64,000 nucleotides of DNA from an uncultured cyanobacterium (GTDB taxonomy: Bacteria; Cyanobacteriota; Cyanobacteriia; Cyanobacteriales; CAWCAG01), in assembly GCA_963793425.1 (NCBI GenBank), contig CAWCAG010000005.1, forward strand, positions 1,792,001 through 1,856,000, in the 5' to 3' direction. The notes beneath the pieces were generated by a model that saw only the letters and a list, made by a program, of their open reading frames with translations, did not search any database and was not told where the DNA came from. Positions 62,731 through 64,000 of the stretch are shown piece after piece (the stretch's first letter is position 1; each line of letters begins with the position of its first letter). The translations under genes were made by a program, and so were the position numbers.

Positions 62731-63393
62731 TTAAAGTAATCCTCGATAACGAATAAACAGCAAAATAACAGCCCATGAACCCAATGCGACTTTAATTGCT
62801 ACAAGGATATTAAGTAGGGGAATAATGCCACCGCTAAAAAGCGTACCAAATTCTCCTTGAGGCAATTCCCAGCCCATTAGGGTGAAGACTGCCAACAGGA
62901 TGAAAATTAAAACTGAAACCTTCTCCCAAGTGGCTGCTTGCCATTTTTTATATATTTTTTCCATCTCTTCAGATGAAGAAGTGATAGCAATCAAACCAAT
63001 AGCTGTTCCCCCAGCTACCCCAGCCGCAAAACCACCGCCAGGGCTGAGATGACCTCGAATTGCAAGTTCAATACTCACCAGAGTAGCAATAGTTGCCCCC
63101 AAACGTGCCAGGATAATTGAGGGGCGATCGCTAAATTGATAAACTGTTTCGGTGGGTGTTTCATTGGCTAAGAGAAAGCCCACCCCCAAAATTGAGATAG
63201 AAAATACGATAACCTCAAAAATTGTGTCATAGAGGCGATTTCTAAAAATAATGCCAGAAACCGCATTAGACACACCAGTATCTTTGACTATAGACTCAAC
63301 AATCGAAAATTCTTCCCATTCTGGTGTCACATTGGGCATAACCAATACTTTGATCAATAGTAATATTCCTGCTGCAATATAAACCCCCTTCAT
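62731..63393 (-). CDS. mrpB: Mrp Na+/H+ antiporter subunit B
   Basis: NAVSGIIFRNRLYDTIFE, GHLSPGGGFAAG. Confidence 0.88.
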   Translation of the reverse strand: MKGVYIAAGILLLIKVLVMPNVTPEWEEFSIVESIVKDTGVSNAVSGIIFRNRLYDTIFEVIVFSISILGVGFLLANETPTETVYQFSDRPSIILARLGATIATLVSIELAIRGHLSPGGGFAAGVAGGTAIGLIAITSSSEEMEKIYKKWQAATWEKVSVLIFILLAVFTLMGWELPQGEFGTLFSGGIIPLLNILVAIKVALGSWAVILLFIRYRGLL

Positions 63394-63953
63394 TAATGCT
63401 TGTCCTCCAGGTTAGCTACAGGTGTGTATTTCAAACTCATTTGTGGGATATGTAACTCAGTTTGAATAATCTCAAAAAGGCGGTGAACTCTAATCGTCGT
63501 TTGATAAATTTGCTGGCTATCTGAGTTCAATTGCTTTTGCTTAGTGCAAGTAGCATGAACTTCTTTAGTTATTAATGCCTGTTCTAAAGCTTGGGAATTA
63601 GGATACGGCACTAACTCAAGGCGTAAATAATGCTCATCAATAACTTTCCTGAGAGTAGTTATTAGTTCGACAAAACTAACCTCTGTTTCTGCCTCTACTC
63701 CTTCGAGTATCCCTAAACGCATTACCAAAGAGGAACGCACTGCAACGACATAAAGGGTAATCGCCAACATCGTACCAACCAAAGCCTCAGTTAAAGCCAC
63801 ATCCGCAGCCCCTAAAACCACATATACCAATGCAGCTACGGCCCCTAAAATAGCTCGAATCACCAAAGCTTGGTAGGGATTAACTTGAAATACCAACATC
63901 AATGCGGCTAAAGGTAGTAGGGCAATGATGACATAAATAGAAATATCACTCAT
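63393..63953 (-). CDS. Mrp cluster DUF4040-type membrane subunit
   Basis: LGAADVALTEALVG; overlaps mrpB. Confidence 0.82.
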   Translation of the reverse strand: MSDISIYVIIALLPLAALMLVFQVNPYQALVIRAILGAVAALVYVVLGAADVALTEALVGTMLAITLYVVAVRSSLVMRLGILEGVEAETEVSFVELITTLRKVIDEHYLRLELVPYPNSQALEQALITKEVHATCTKQKQLNSDSQQIYQTTIRVHRLFEIIQTELHIPQMSLKYTPVANLEDKH

Positions 63954-64000
63954 TGTTTACTCCACTACTAGAACAGTATGCCAAGACATACCCCAACACA
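63946..64000 (-). CDS. 3' end of a probable Mrp subunit G (cut by the window edge)
   Basis: ...VLGYVLAYCSSSGVNNE* overlapping the next start codon. Confidence 0.55.
   Translation of the reverse strand, partial: VLGYVLAYCSSSGVNNE

Overview
Cyanobacterial chromosomal window: many HIP1 octamers (GCGATCGC), heptameric STRR-type repeats, psaC, ndhN and cruA. Positions 1-17.3 kb carry the conserved ribosomal-protein supercluster on the minus strand (rplC to rplQ, truA, rplM, rpsI, rpmE, prfA). rpsI and truA each have a 1-bp frameshift, probably sequence errors. The rest is housekeeping and signalling genes with a few accessory elements. The best novel-system candidate is an AT-rich, HIP1-free two-gene island at 30.2-33.9 kb. 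It encodes a small helical Bell/HeLo-like protein with a C-terminal pair of beta-solenoid-like pseudo-repeats, and a ~1074-aa TPR protein without a NACHT/NB-ARC domain that carries the same two-repeat motif internally, then a Gly-rich hydrophobic helix and a glycine-zipper tail. This suggests an NLR-less amyloid-signalling module; the TPR gene is disrupted here by one stop and one frameshift. Other highlights: (1) a hybrid kinase joining an ETR1-type ethylene-binding domain to a canonical LOV domain, next to a receiver-adenylate cyclase; (2) a glutamine riboswitch plus NtcA box in front of an unannotated 57-aa DUF4278-like gene; (3) a ~110-bp promoter-bearing element present twice; (4) an Hsp20 relic lacking its alpha-crystallin domain; (5) a ClpC paralogue lacking the M-domain; (6) an orphan antitoxin. 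All calls were made by eye, with no database searches.
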